From an uncultured delta proteobacterium (lineage in GTDB: Bacteria; Desulfobacterota; Binatia; UBA9968): a stretch of DNA of 64,000 bases. The translations under genes were made by a program, and so were the position numbers. The DNA is taken from the NCBI GenBank assembly GCA_963727625.1, contig CAVSHR010000012.1, positions 384,001-448,000 on the forward strand, given 5' to 3'. The notes under the pieces are model-generated. The model worked only from the letters and a program-made list of their open reading frames with translations, was not told the origin of the DNA and searched no databases. Each line of letters begins with the position of its first letter. Position 1 is the first letter of the stretch. Shown here piece after piece: positions 18,515 through 27,875 of this stretch.

Positions 18515-18591
18515 TTTCATAATTCCTGAAACATGCGCAGTTCGCGCCACATGCCCCGGCGATCGGGCTTTTAAACGGAAAGATTACGCCG

Positions 18592-19020
18592 ATGGCAAAG
18601 AAACAAAATGACTTGATCTCGTTTCCGATGCATCTGCCGCGCGAGGTGGAACGGCTGTTTGATGAAATCATTCATCGCCCCTGGGGATTTTGCCGCGATA
18701 TTCGCGGTTGGAATCCTTCTGTGGATCTCTACGAGACTGCCGAAGCCTATATTCTTGAAGCCGATCTTCCCGGCGTGAACCGCAACGACGTCAAGGTCGA
18801 AGTCCAAGACGATGATCTGGTCTTGCAGGGCTGGCGCTCTCTGGAACAACGCGATGACCAAGGCCAGTTTCGCACCATGGAGCGCTCATCCGGCCAATTT
18901 CTGCGGCGCATGAAACTTCCCGAGTCGGTCGAGAAAGAAGCGATTGAAGCTGAGTTTCACGACGGCGTGTTGCGCGTCATCATTCCGAAATCCAAGGCGC
19001 GGAGAGGAGAAACAAAATGA
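18592..19020 (+). CDS. Hsp20/alpha-crystallin small heat-shock protein
   Basis: WNPSVDLYET...ADLPGV...ERSSGQFLR...AEFHDGVLRVIIPK. Confidence 0.95.
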   Translation: MAKKQNDLISFPMHLPREVERLFDEIIHRPWGFCRDIRGWNPSVDLYETAEAYILEADLPGVNRNDVKVEVQDDDLVLQGWRSLEQRDDQGQFRTMERSSGQFLRRMKLPESVEKEAIEAEFHDGVLRVIIPKSKARRGETK

Positions 19021-21476
19021 TCGGGCACACAAGGCTGGCGACCGACCACGCCGCAACAAAAACGGCCGCGCCCGGGCGCGAACTCAGCGCCGCGGATTTA
19101 CGCTTCGCCAGCAAGCTCGCCGGCGATTTCATATCGACGCGTGATTTGAGCCGCGCGACCGAATTCGTCGGGCAGGAGCGCGCGCTGGCGGCGTTGGAGT
19201 TGGGCTTGGGCGTCGGCGGCAACGGCTACAATATTTTTGTTTCCGGATTGACCGGCGCCGAGAAGTTGGAAACCGTTCGGCGTTGGGTCGCCGAGCGGGC
19301 GGCTTCAAGCGCGACACCGGGCGACTGGGTGTACGTGCACAATTTTAAACAGCCGGACGCGCCGGGGGCGATTCCTTTAAAGCCGGGCGAAGGTCAGCGG
19401 CTCAGACAGATGATGCAAGATCTGGTCAAGACCCTGCGCGAGGAGTTGCCCAAGGCCTTTCGCCAGGAAGCCTTTGACAAGGAGAAATCTTCCCTCACCG
19501 AGAAGTACAACAATCGCGCTCAGGAGCTCAACGGGCAATTTGCCACCCTCGCCCGCGAGCGCGGCTTCCAGATGCAGACGAGCAACCGGGGGCATATTTA
19601 TTTCGTCCCGCTGCTCGACGGCAAGCCGTTGCAGCGGCCGCAAGATTTCGCAGCGCTATCCGAGGAAGAGCGCCGCGGAGTCGAAAGACGCCAGCAGGAG
19701 CTCTCGGTCGAGATGGAGCGGCTGGCGCGCAAACAACAGGAAATTATGCGGGAGATGGAAGAGGACATTCATAAGATTGAACGGCGTTTCTGCGAGAGTC
19801 TGCTCGCGCCGATCCTGCAGCGGATTGAATACGAGCTGGGCAACGATGAGGTCAATTTGTATCTCGCAGAAGTGAGAAAGCATGTGTTGAACAATCTCGA
19901 CGATTTCAAGGAAGCGCCGGCGGCGCCCTTTGCCATGCCGTTTTTGCCGATGCCGCGCGAGCGCGATCCCTATCTCGAATACGAGGTGAACGTCGTTGTC
20001 GACAACGCGCAAAGCAAAGGCGCGCCGATCATCGTCGAAAGCGCGCCGACCTATCTCAACCTGTTCGGCACCATCGAACGGGTCGTCGATCGTTTCGGAC
20101 GCGTCGTGACGAACTTCACGCGCATCAAGTCCGGCTCGTTTTTGCGCGCCCACGGCGGCTATCTGATTTTCAGCTTGGAGGACGCGATCACCGAGCCGGC
20201 GGTTTGGAAAGTCTTGAAACGGACGCTGCGCAGCGGTCGCATCGAAATGGAAACCTACGAACCGTTTGCGCTGTTTTCCGCTTCCGGACTCAAGCCGGAG
20301 CCGGTCAAGGTGAGCACCAAGCTCATCGTCGTCGGCAGCCCGCTGCTGTATCACCTGCTCTACTCCTGGGACGATGAGTTTCACGAGATGTTCAAGATTC
20401 GCGCCGACTTCAATCCGGTAATGCGGCGTGATCAGGAGCACCAACTCGCCTACGCGCAATGGGTCGGTAATCTTTGCAACGACGAAGGGCTGCCGCACTT
20501 CGATCGCAGCGGCATCGAGCGACTGATCGAGTTCGGCGTGCGTCAAGCCGGCGACCGCGACAAGGTGCTGGCGTCCTACGCGGCGATCGCCGACCTGGTG
20601 CGTGAAGCGGCGTTTTGGGCGCGCAAGGAAGACCGCCAGTTGGCGTCGGCGCGCCATGTCGAAAAAGCGCTCGATAACCGGGTGTTCCGCTCGAATCGGA
20701 TCGAAGAGAACATTCGCGAGCTGATCGCCAACGGCACCATCCTGGTCGACATCACCGGCGAAAAAGTCGGCCAGGTCAACGGCCTCTCGGTGATGGAAAT
20801 CGGCGGCTACGCCTTCGGCCGGCCGAGCCGGGTCACCGCCAGCGTCGGCATGGGCCAGGCCGGGATCATCGACATCGAACGCGAGTCGCACTTGAGCGGC
20901 AGCATCCACGAAAAAGGGGTCCTGATCTTGGCGGGTTATCTGCGTAACCGCTTTGGCCAAGCCCAGCCCCTGGCGCTTTCCGCTGCTCTCTGCTTCGAGC
21001 AGTCCTACGGCGGCGTGGAAGGCGATAGCGCGTCCTCCACCGAACTCTACGCCCTGCTGTCGCGCCTGGCCGACACGCCGCTGCGCCAGGAGATCGCCGT
21101 CACCGGCTCGGTGAATCAGTGGGGCGAAATCCAAGCCATCGGCGGCGTCAATGAAAAAATCGAGGGTTTTTACGACGTCTGCGGCGTGGTCGGCCTCACC
21201 GGCAGCCAGGGCGTGATGATTCCCGAAGCCAACGTGCGCCACCTCGTGCTGCGCCGCGACGTCATCGAAGCCGTGGCGCAAGGACGATTTCATATCTATC
21301 CGGTGCGGACTATCGACGAAGGGCTCGAGATTCTCACCGGCATTCCGGCCGCGGGCGTCCCGGGGACCGAATCGGTCGCCGAAGCGGCGGCGCGCCGGCT
21401 CAAGGAATTGGCCGTCGGACTCAAAGAATTCGCGGTGCAGCCACACCATAACGGCGCGGCTGAACAAAAAATGTAA
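19017..21476 (+). CDS. Lon-family S16 protease, LonC-like
   Basis: GQERA, DWVYVHNF, FEQSYGGVEGDSAS (catalytic Ser), GGVNEKIEGF (Lys); degenerate Walker A (SGLTGAEK); ATGA overlap with hsp20. Confidence 0.9.
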   Translation: MIGHTRLATDHAATKTAAPGRELSAADLRFASKLAGDFISTRDLSRATEFVGQERALAALELGLGVGGNGYNIFVSGLTGAEKLETVRRWVAERAASSATPGDWVYVHNFKQPDAPGAIPLKPGEGQRLRQMMQDLVKTLREELPKAFRQEAFDKEKSSLTEKYNNRAQELNGQFATLARERGFQMQTSNRGHIYFVPLLDGKPLQRPQDFAALSEEERRGVERRQQELSVEMERLARKQQEIMREMEEDIHKIERRFCESLLAPILQRIEYELGNDEVNLYLAEVRKHVLNNLDDFKEAPAAPFAMPFLPMPRERDPYLEYEVNVVVDNAQSKGAPIIVESAPTYLNLFGTIERVVDRFGRVVTNFTRIKSGSFLRAHGGYLIFSLEDAITEPAVWKVLKRTLRSGRIEMETYEPFALFSASGLKPEPVKVSTKLIVVGSPLLYHLLYSWDDEFHEMFKIRADFNPVMRRDQEHQLAYAQWVGNLCNDEGLPHFDRSGIERLIEFGVRQAGDRDKVLASYAAIADLVREAAFWARKEDRQLASARHVEKALDNRVFRSNRIEENIRELIANGTILVDITGEKVGQVNGLSVMEIGGYAFGRPSRVTASVGMGQAGIIDIERESHLSGSIHEKGVLILAGYLRNRFGQAQPLALSAALCFEQSYGGVEGDSASSTELYALLSRLADTPLRQEIAVTGSVNQWGEIQAIGGVNEKIEGFYDVCGVVGLTGSQGVMIPEANVRHLVLRRDVIEAVAQGRFHIYPVRTIDEGLEILTGIPAAGVPGTESVAEAAARRLKELAVGLKEFAVQPHHNGAAEQKM

Positions 21477-21576
21477 AAATCGACGGTCAGGGCGCCGGCG
21501 GCGCAAACGCAACGAACGGAGCGGCCCGCGCGAAGGCAGGTCAACCAAGATGATCAAAACCTTGGGGGAGGTTACG

Positions 21577-21935
21577 ATGAAGAATTATAAGAATAAGATA
21601 ATGAAGTCTACGATAAGCGCTTGAGAAAACGTCGAGACGAAATTTTGCTGACGCTCGAACATGTGCGGAAAGAGCAGCGCACGGTCAACGATAATAAAGA
21701 CTGGATCGATCACGCCGCCTACCGAAGCCGGGTCGAATTGCTCGACAACCTGACCGACTGGTACGTCAAAGAGGCGGCGCGCATCGACGGCGCCCTCAGC
21801 CGAATTGCCGAAGGCCTATACGGTGTTTGCCTCGGTTGCCGCGAGCCGATTGCGCCGGATCGTCTCGAGACCGCCCCCGAAGCGGCTTTCTGCGCCGAGT
21901 GCCAGAACAGTAGAGAAGAACTGACGGCTGCGTAA
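21577..21935 (+). CDS. TraR/DksA C4 zinc-finger protein; 5' end apparently frameshifted
   Basis: YGVCLGCREPIAPDRLETAPEAAFCAECQ. The RBS-preceded ATG (21577) is out of frame with the body (TAA at 21594); TTG 21621 is the first in-frame start. Confidence 0.8.
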
Positions 21936-22615
21936 GCAACTGATCCTCTTGTCCCGCCGATGGTGAAAGGTCGAGTGTCTCTTGCTCCTGGCTCATAGAG
22001 CGGAGTCCTTGGATGGCGGTGAGTTCAGGTGATCTCTTATCCATCTTCCGGCGGAACTCCGGGTGACTTCGTTCTCATCGTTGACACGCGAAATCCAGTT
22101 GCGTGTTGCACTGAAACTTTGACGCGGCGAAAGCGAGATTGGAATATTCACTACCGAGCAGGCAAGAGCATAACGTCGTAGTTTTTGTGTTGCGGTGCGG
22201 CCAGGTTTGGCTGCTGGAGTCGTGCGGTAACGATAATGGCGAAACTATCTCCAACCATCAACCCCAACTGGCTGCGGTTAAATGTGTCATAAAATCTTGG
22301 ATGGTTGTGCTGGGTCCGCCGATCAACGCGAGATGGGACAAGCCGCTCCGGCCATACATGGGCGACAGAGAGAGCTTTCACTCTACCGTAACCGCTGCCG
22401 CCTGGACGGCTTTTTCATTGGTAGAGGTGGCGGGAAAGCGTAAAGAACCTGTTTTCAACCCTACCTTAGACGCTGCCGGCCCTAACAAACGAACATTACT
22501 GCGGCATTTCCTTTACAATTGGAGCTTCGATCGGCGCAGGTAGCCCGTTGCTGATTTGCCTGTCGGGTTGGCACGTCATCCCCATCGCGCCAGTTGCGAT
22601 GCAATTTGACCACTA

Positions 22616-22837
22616 TTATTCAAGCCCGCTGGCTCGTAGCAGTTGCCGGGCGATCACCCTATGCTGAATTTCTGAGGTCCCTTCGTAGATCGTCGTAATC
22701 CGAGTGTCGCGAAACAATCGCACGATGTGAAAGTCTTTCATATAGCCATAGCCGCCGAATATTTGCATTGCTTTGTAAGCCGCTCGGTTCGCTGCCCCTG
22801 GGGAGAAAAGCTTGGCCATCTCCGCTTCCTTAGAGAC
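22616..22837 (-). pseudogene. Acyl-CoA dehydrogenase C-terminal fragment
   Basis: EMAKLF...AMQIFGGYGYMKDF...RDTRITTIYEGTSEIQ; no N-terminal part. Confidence 0.85.
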
Positions 22838-23162
22838 GGCATCTCCTGTCGCGATCGCCTGCGCAGTTAGCATGATAGCCTTTGGGCCGAAACTTCACAT
22901 TTTATTGACCGCCGTAGAACCGACCGATTGCGGCAGCCCCGCCCCGAGACTGGCTTGTCGCGCCGGAGCTTGTCCCAACCCTGCTGACAGGACGTTACCC
23001 ATGATCACTTCATGGATCGGTTGTCCGACGAGATTTGCCTTTTTGATCGCCCCTGCGACGGCCAGGCCGCCCAATTGAGTGTCGGCCATTGAACTTCGTC
23101 AGTAGACCCCGAAAGCTGCCAATCGGCTTGCGCGCGGCGCTAACGATGACCGGAATTTTCAT
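22838..23162 (-). pseudogene. Thiolase (acetyl-CoA acyltransferase) N-terminal fragment
   Basis: MKIPVIVSAARKPIGSF, frameshift, EVIMGNVLSAGLGQAPARQA...VNKM* (stop at the catalytic Cys position), then KAIMLTAQAIATGDA. Confidence 0.85.
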
Positions 23163-23202
23163 ACTTGCTTTCTACTCGCTCAAGCACAATATTTCTTAAA
23201 TC

Positions 23203-23316
23203 CTCAGCGCACCCACCAGTTACCACCCGCCCTTTCCTGAGCAGTCCAAGCGCTCGGTCCACCGCCACTGCCGTGGTTGGATCGTCGCCGGTAATCATCA
23301 TCGGTTTAACCCTGCG
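23203..23316 (-). pseudogene. P-type ATPase fragment
   Basis: AGVKPMMITGDDPTTAVAV..LGLL..GRVVTG (MITGD motif). Confidence 0.65.
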
Positions 23317-23469
23317 ATCTTCTCACGCTGGTTAACCGGGCGCTGGCAGGCTTAATGAACGAGGGGATCGAGCTTGAAATGGTCCAGGAGTACTAAAAAA
23401 ATTTTGCGATCATTTTCAAGCGAAGAGGAAAACCAGTAATGGCTTAGGGTCGCCGCGAATCGCGCAACC

Positions 23470-23570
23470 CTCCCGCTCAGAAATTGGCTTCTTCACCGCC
23501 TGGGATTTCCAGATCTCACCCGACCATGGCCCGCGGCTCATTGAATGTAATGACAACGGTTGGGGGGTTG
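23470..23570 (+). pseudogene. ATP-grasp-like protein fragment
   Basis: GFFTAWDFQISPDHGPRLIECNDNG; no intact ORF. Confidence 0.4.
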
Positions 23571-23702
23571 AGAAAATAAAGCGGTGGCATGCTAGGGAAT
23601 TCAGTCCAAGCACACCACCCTTGGAAACAATCGGTCGTGACAAAATTCCGCGGCCGCCTTCGCGGGACTTGGCCACTTAGCTAGACTAGAAACAGCCGAG
23701 GA

Positions 23703-24041
23703 TTATTTTTTGCCGGCTTTCTTCGCGGCCCAGTAGGCCTTCAACTTAGCCGACAACTTCGCTCTAGCTGCCGGACTCATTGTCTTCTTCTTCGCCTTCG
23801 CAGCGGGTTTGACTGAACGCGCCGCGCTTTTAGCTCGTCGAAGGTTCGCCCATCTCGCTTTTTGAGCGGCGGCGATTTTCTTTTTTACAGAAGCGCTCAT
23901 ATTCCGCTTTCCCGTCAGCGCAGCAGCGGAATCGCCTGAGGCACCGAGGATACTGCGGAGCTCTTTGTTCAGATCCTCGATTTGTTCTTTAATCGTGACA
24001 GCCCGTTTAAGCTGGGTAATGGTAAGGTCATGTAACTTCAT
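23703..24041 (-). CDS. Small basic putative nucleoid-associated protein
   Basis: N-terminal coiled coil, then two repeats of the KRxMSxxx(K/R)xKI/LxAxxKAxWA type; K/A-rich. Confidence 0.75.
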   Translation of the reverse strand: MKLHDLTITQLKRAVTIKEQIEDLNKELRSILGASGDSAAALTGKRNMSASVKKKIAAAQKARWANLRRAKSAARSVKPAAKAKKKTMSPAARAKLSAKLKAYWAAKKAGKK

Positions 24042-24253
24042 GACGCTAGTTAACATTTAAAGCGGGTGTAAATCAAGCGGTGTTAGAGACAATTCTAAAC
24101 CGAGGAGGTTCAAGCCACGCCCAACGAACTATGCGCCCGGTGGCATAGAAAGGCGCAAACCATCCGCTTCAGAACTAGCTCAGGCATCGGCCGCGCGCCT
24201 TGCCGTACCTCGGTTGCATGCTATTGTCAGCCTGCCTACTTGGCATTTGCGGA

Positions 24254-24748
24254 TCAGAGACCCGTCCCCGGACGCGGTCTCAGAGCTACTACCGGCACAG
24301 CCTGCGCCAGTTTGCCGCAATCTTCCTCCGTGCCTTCCAGCCACCACCCGGTCATTACCTTCGCCAGTGTTCTGAATGCCATGGGATGCTCCTGCCCATA
24401 GGCAAACAGCACCCGCTGCGCCGCATGGAGTGTCAGCCTCTCCGCGGTCGCCGCAAATTCTTGTCTGCCGATCTGCACAATCACCTCGGGTGTCTTTTGG
24501 ACGTTGCGCAACCAATCCGATTTCTCGCCCCATCCCGAAGCGATGAAGTAAGTCCCGCTCGCCGGATCATACAGGACGACCTCAACGACGGTCTGCCGGT
24601 CAAGGCCGCTTCTCCTGCCGCAATGGGTCAGGAGCAAGAAGCGGGAACCCAGGAGCCAACCGAGATGTGCGTGATAGAGAAAGATGGGAAGACGCAAGAG
24701 CAAGCGCAAACCACCTGTTGGCGGTTTTCGTTTAACCAGAGGTATCAT
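24254..24748 (-). CDS. Deazaflavin (F420)-dependent nitroreductase (Ddn) family protein
   Basis: FLLLTHCGRRSGLDRQT, IASGWG..SDWLRNVQKTPEV. Confidence 0.85.
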   Translation of the reverse strand: MIPLVKRKPPTGGLRLLLRLPIFLYHAHLGWLLGSRFLLLTHCGRRSGLDRQTVVEVVLYDPASGTYFIASGWGEKSDWLRNVQKTPEVIVQIGRQEFAATAERLTLHAAQRVLFAYGQEHPMAFRTLAKVMTGWWLEGTEEDCGKLAQAVPVVALRPRPGTGL

Positions 24749-25171
24749 GTGCGCTTTTACTTTTATTTACGACTAACTTGTGAACATCAAAGAGCGCCCT
24801 GCAATTCTGCCGATAGTCAGATTATCAAACGGCGCCGAAGTACGACACGATCAATAGTGTTGCTTAATTAAATGCCCGTCAAACCAGGAGCAGCGCAGAA
24901 GTCAAAAACCCATATCTCCATGGACATAGCGCTCGGAGAACGATTTTCCCAACTTATCGATCGCGGCGGAACATGACTAGGCGTGGTTACGATCCCGCGG
25001 CGAGAAGCTTTAAGTACCACGGCGGTGAGCGAATCAGGGTTTGTGGCCACTGATTTAGCCCTTTTGAAAATTTTCTAGCTGATCAAGTTGAGCATCCAAT
25101 CGGTACAACTCTTGACCGCCATCCCAACAAGGATGGCAGTTACGAGCCGGGAAATTACCCATGGTAAACGC

Positions 25172-25787
25172 CTAAAGAGCAAACGTTAAGCCGAAGTTTG
25201 CTGATTCCCGTACTAACTGCTTGGGATGGAGATATCGAATGGTGCCATCCCCAGCCGGCTCGCCAGTTCAAGATTGCCGGCACGGTCGTCAATAAAGAGA
25301 GATTCGTTGGTTCCGCGCTGAGTCACGTTGAGGGCAGCCGATAAATTCTGGGGTCCGGCTTGCGCAACCCGAGAAAGCAGGAGCTGAAAAACGCCGTAAA
25401 ATAGAGGTGCAAATGGTAGTGCTCGATGCGATAGCGACTGAGTTCCAGCGATTCATTGTTAATAGTGCACAGCAAATACCTTCCGGTCTCTGCTATGCGG
25501 TTAAGTAGGGTTAAAACTTCGGTTTGGGCCGAGATTGATCAAACATCAATTTCTGGAATTCTTCTACCGTGAATTGTCGGAACACGTGAAATACCGCGGC
25601 TCGTAAATACTCCGCAAGGTCGACCTCTCCCCTCTCGAAAGCAGCGGCGAGCAAAGTATGTCGCTTCTGGAATTCATTCCAATCGAGACCAAAGTATCGA
25701 GGCGCACGGCTTCGTGATTCGTGGTCCCACGCGTTGGTTAGAACAACCTTCTCCGACGTTCCAGAATAATGTGGTAATTTTGCTCAT
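25172..25787 (-). pseudogene. HAD-family phosphatase, multiply frameshifted
   Basis: Pieces across frames: MSKITTLFWNVG, VLTNAWD, TINNESLEL, FFSSCFLGLRKPDPRIY, SLFIDDRAGNL. Confidence 0.75.
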
Positions 25788-25862
25788 CAAAATTTTTTAT
25801 TTAGCCGTGTATGATCGTACTTCAGTCGCTCGGCGAGAACTGTGCGGCGATATCATATGAAC

Positions 25863-25886
25863 TACCCCGCAGCAAGCTACGGGGTA
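25863..25886. repeat. REP-like GC-rich hairpin
   Basis: TACCCCG-CAGC-AA-GCTA-CGGGGTA inverted repeat with one mismatch. Confidence 0.5.
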
Positions 25887-26104
25887 TCAAAAATAGCGGA
25901 ATCACTTCAAAACATTTTATCTTATCGCGCCAAGACGCCAAGAGCGCTAAGAAAAAAATGACCCTAATTCTCCGAACTTGGCGTGCTACGCGTCGCGTGT
26001 CGGGCAGAGTCATTCCCGAATCTCGCGATCCGTCGAGCGGGATCATAACTTTGTCGTAAACTCCCAATCTCCTTGATTTCAATTCAACCTCAGCCCCCGT
26101 TGAC

Positions 26105-26416
26105 TTACTCGTGGGCGACCAAATAGACCTCTCGTTTTGGAGACTGCGTGAGCAATCCGGACATGCTCTTGGTCCAGAGCTGATCATCGGGACTTTCGGT
26201 CAGTTGAGTGATCTGGCCTTGGACCTCGCCAAGGGATTTTGCTTCTTGCTCAAAAATCACATCCGGTGCGCCTAGCGAAGCAAAATGACTATGTAAAATT
26301 CTTGGCTGAGAGCCGCCGGCCGCTGTTACAAGTTCGCATAACTTTTTGAGCCGCTCTTCGACCTGCCCGGTTTTTCCGGGATTCGTATTGATCGAATAGT
26401 GCGGGAAAAAGCGCAA
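26105..26416 (-). CDS. Hypothetical protein (dimeric alpha/beta-barrel-like), possibly 5'-truncated
   Basis: Protein-like ORF abutting the IS256 remnant; fold is a guess from the alternating pattern. Confidence 0.5.
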   Translation of the reverse strand: MRFFPHYSINTNPGKTGQVEERLKKLCELVTAAGGSQPRILHSHFASLGAPDVIFEQEAKSLGEVQGQITQLTESPDDQLWTKSMSGLLTQSPKREVYLVAHE

Positions 26417-26443
26417 ATTGGTTCCCGCCGAAAGAGAATGAAC

Positions 26444-26635
26444 GATTCAGGTCTAAATCCGGGTGGGAGGAAAGACAGCGGTAAGAGCCTCGGGAAATCC
26501 TTGAACCCATCGACGACCGCGATCGGAATGTCAGACACCCTTTTTTTGATCTCGGTCATCAGCCGCAGCCAAAATTCAGCTTCCTCGCGTTTTCAGCTTG
26601 GATGGAAAACCCAAAGCGTCTTTGCGGTTACCGGC
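26444..26635 (-). mobile_element. IS256-family transposase remnant
   Basis: GNRKDALG...EAEFWLRLMTEIKKR.SDIPIAVVDGFKDFP/EALTAVFP, matching the IS256 FWL..L..RG..D.LIAVVDGLKGFPEAI..VFP motif with frameshifts. Confidence 0.8.
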
Positions 26636-27153
26636 CGGTAAATATTATCGGGCTAAGCTCGTTTCGAATCGGCGCCCTTGCACGGACGCTAGCACCGTTG
26701 TGCGCCCACCCGCGCCGAACCGGATCTCTTGAGCGCCTAGCTCTCGTCATCGTTCTCCGGCTGCATAGTCGAGTGAAACGTTAGCACAATCGGGTCGATG
26801 AAATCGGCGGAGCGATGAGCCCATGCTAACCACTCGGAAAGGTCGGGGGCTTTGCTGTCGTTTTTTGAAGTCTTGCAATTGAATTTCATGTCGAATAGCG
26901 GTGCTCGGTTGCTCGTCAAATCGGAGAAGAAACCATTTCATTTAAGCCGTTAATCGCTAAACTGTTAACCGCCAAGGCTGAGTGGCGCGATCCAGAGCGT
27001 CCGGATCACGCCGTTGGTTGGGCAGCCGAGTCAACACCTTCTTTTTCTTCCGCCATTAGCGAAACTGGCGTTGCACATACAGCGAAATTCCCGCGACTGC
27101 GAAATGGCCGTCGTTCACGACGGTAAATGACTGTTTTTTTCGACGCTGCAATA

Positions 27154-27169
27154 TGGCGCAACATTTGCT
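27154..27169 (+). promoter_or_regulatory. Probable sigma-54 promoter
   Basis: TGGCGCAACATTTGCT upstream of lipoprotein ORF 27233. Confidence 0.6.
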
Positions 27170-27232
27170 TATTTGGTTTTGGCGGGTACGTGAGCCATTC
27201 AGTTCGATGCCGGCACAAGGAGACTGAAAACC

Positions 27233-27616
27233 ATGAGAAGAAGAGAGATGCTCTCCGTGATAGTGGGCGCACTTATACTGTTCTCTTCGAGCTGCGTCGT
27301 TGCGGAAAGACCGGGAGGCCGGCGTTTGGAAACCTACTATTACTATCCCGACGCCGAAATCTACTACTATCCGCGCGTGACAAGATATTATTGGTATGAC
27401 CGCGGCGCGTGGAGAAACGGTCCCAAGCCGCCGCCGCGCTTCGTGCTCAGAGATCGCGACAGGGTGCGAATCGATTCAGACCATGAACCGTACAGGGATC
27501 ACGACAAATACAGGAAGTCTTACCCGCCGGGCCGTCATGATCGAGATGACAGAGGTGAACGGAGAGATGACAGGAGAAACGACGGGAACGATGACCGAAG
27601 ACCGGCCAGGAGATAA
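27233..27616 (+). CDS. Hypothetical lipoprotein
   Basis: AAGGAG RBS; SSSC lipobox; YYYYPDAEIYY..YYWY..G.W motif; R/D-rich tail. Confidence 0.8.
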   Translation: MRRREMLSVIVGALILFSSSCVVAERPGGRRLETYYYYPDAEIYYYPRVTRYYWYDRGAWRNGPKPPPRFVLRDRDRVRIDSDHEPYRDHDKYRKSYPPGRHDRDDRGERRDDRRNDGNDDRRPARR

Positions 27617-27684
27617 CGCCGCGCTACTTAAAAAACGGGGGAATAAAATAGCGACAAAAGCGACGGGCTAGATATCTCCGTTTA

Positions 27685-27875
27685 CAGCCGACCCGGGAGC
27701 GGCCATCGGCGCCGCGGCCGGAGCAGCCGGGGGCGCGGTCGGCGGGGCGGTTGCCGGTGTCACGTGCGGCTTGATTCACGGCCTCACCGCAAGCAAGGGC
27801 CGAGTCCAGTTTACAAGAACTTCGTCAACCCCCGCCGGCGCGAGAAGGGGGTACGATCGCATCGGCTGCCAATAA
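27685..27875 (+). pseudogene. Glycine-zipper lipoprotein remnant
   Basis: GAAIGAAAGAAGGAVGGAVAG...PSPVYKNFVN...EKG pieces, no start, frameshifts. Confidence 0.5.

Noticed and set aside
19656-21557. 633-aa minus-strand ORF (and similar long ORFs at 1573-2463, 52354-53088, 61755-62564)
   Set aside because: Antisense shadows of well-supported genes in high-GC DNA; no motifs.
22139-22543. 134-aa plus-strand ORF
   Set aside because: No RBS or motif; lies in the decayed region.
26460-26600. EAEFWLRL as a four-helix-bundle (IVP) protein
   Set aside because: The flanking IAVVDG.K.FP...VFP identifies an IS256 transposase instead.
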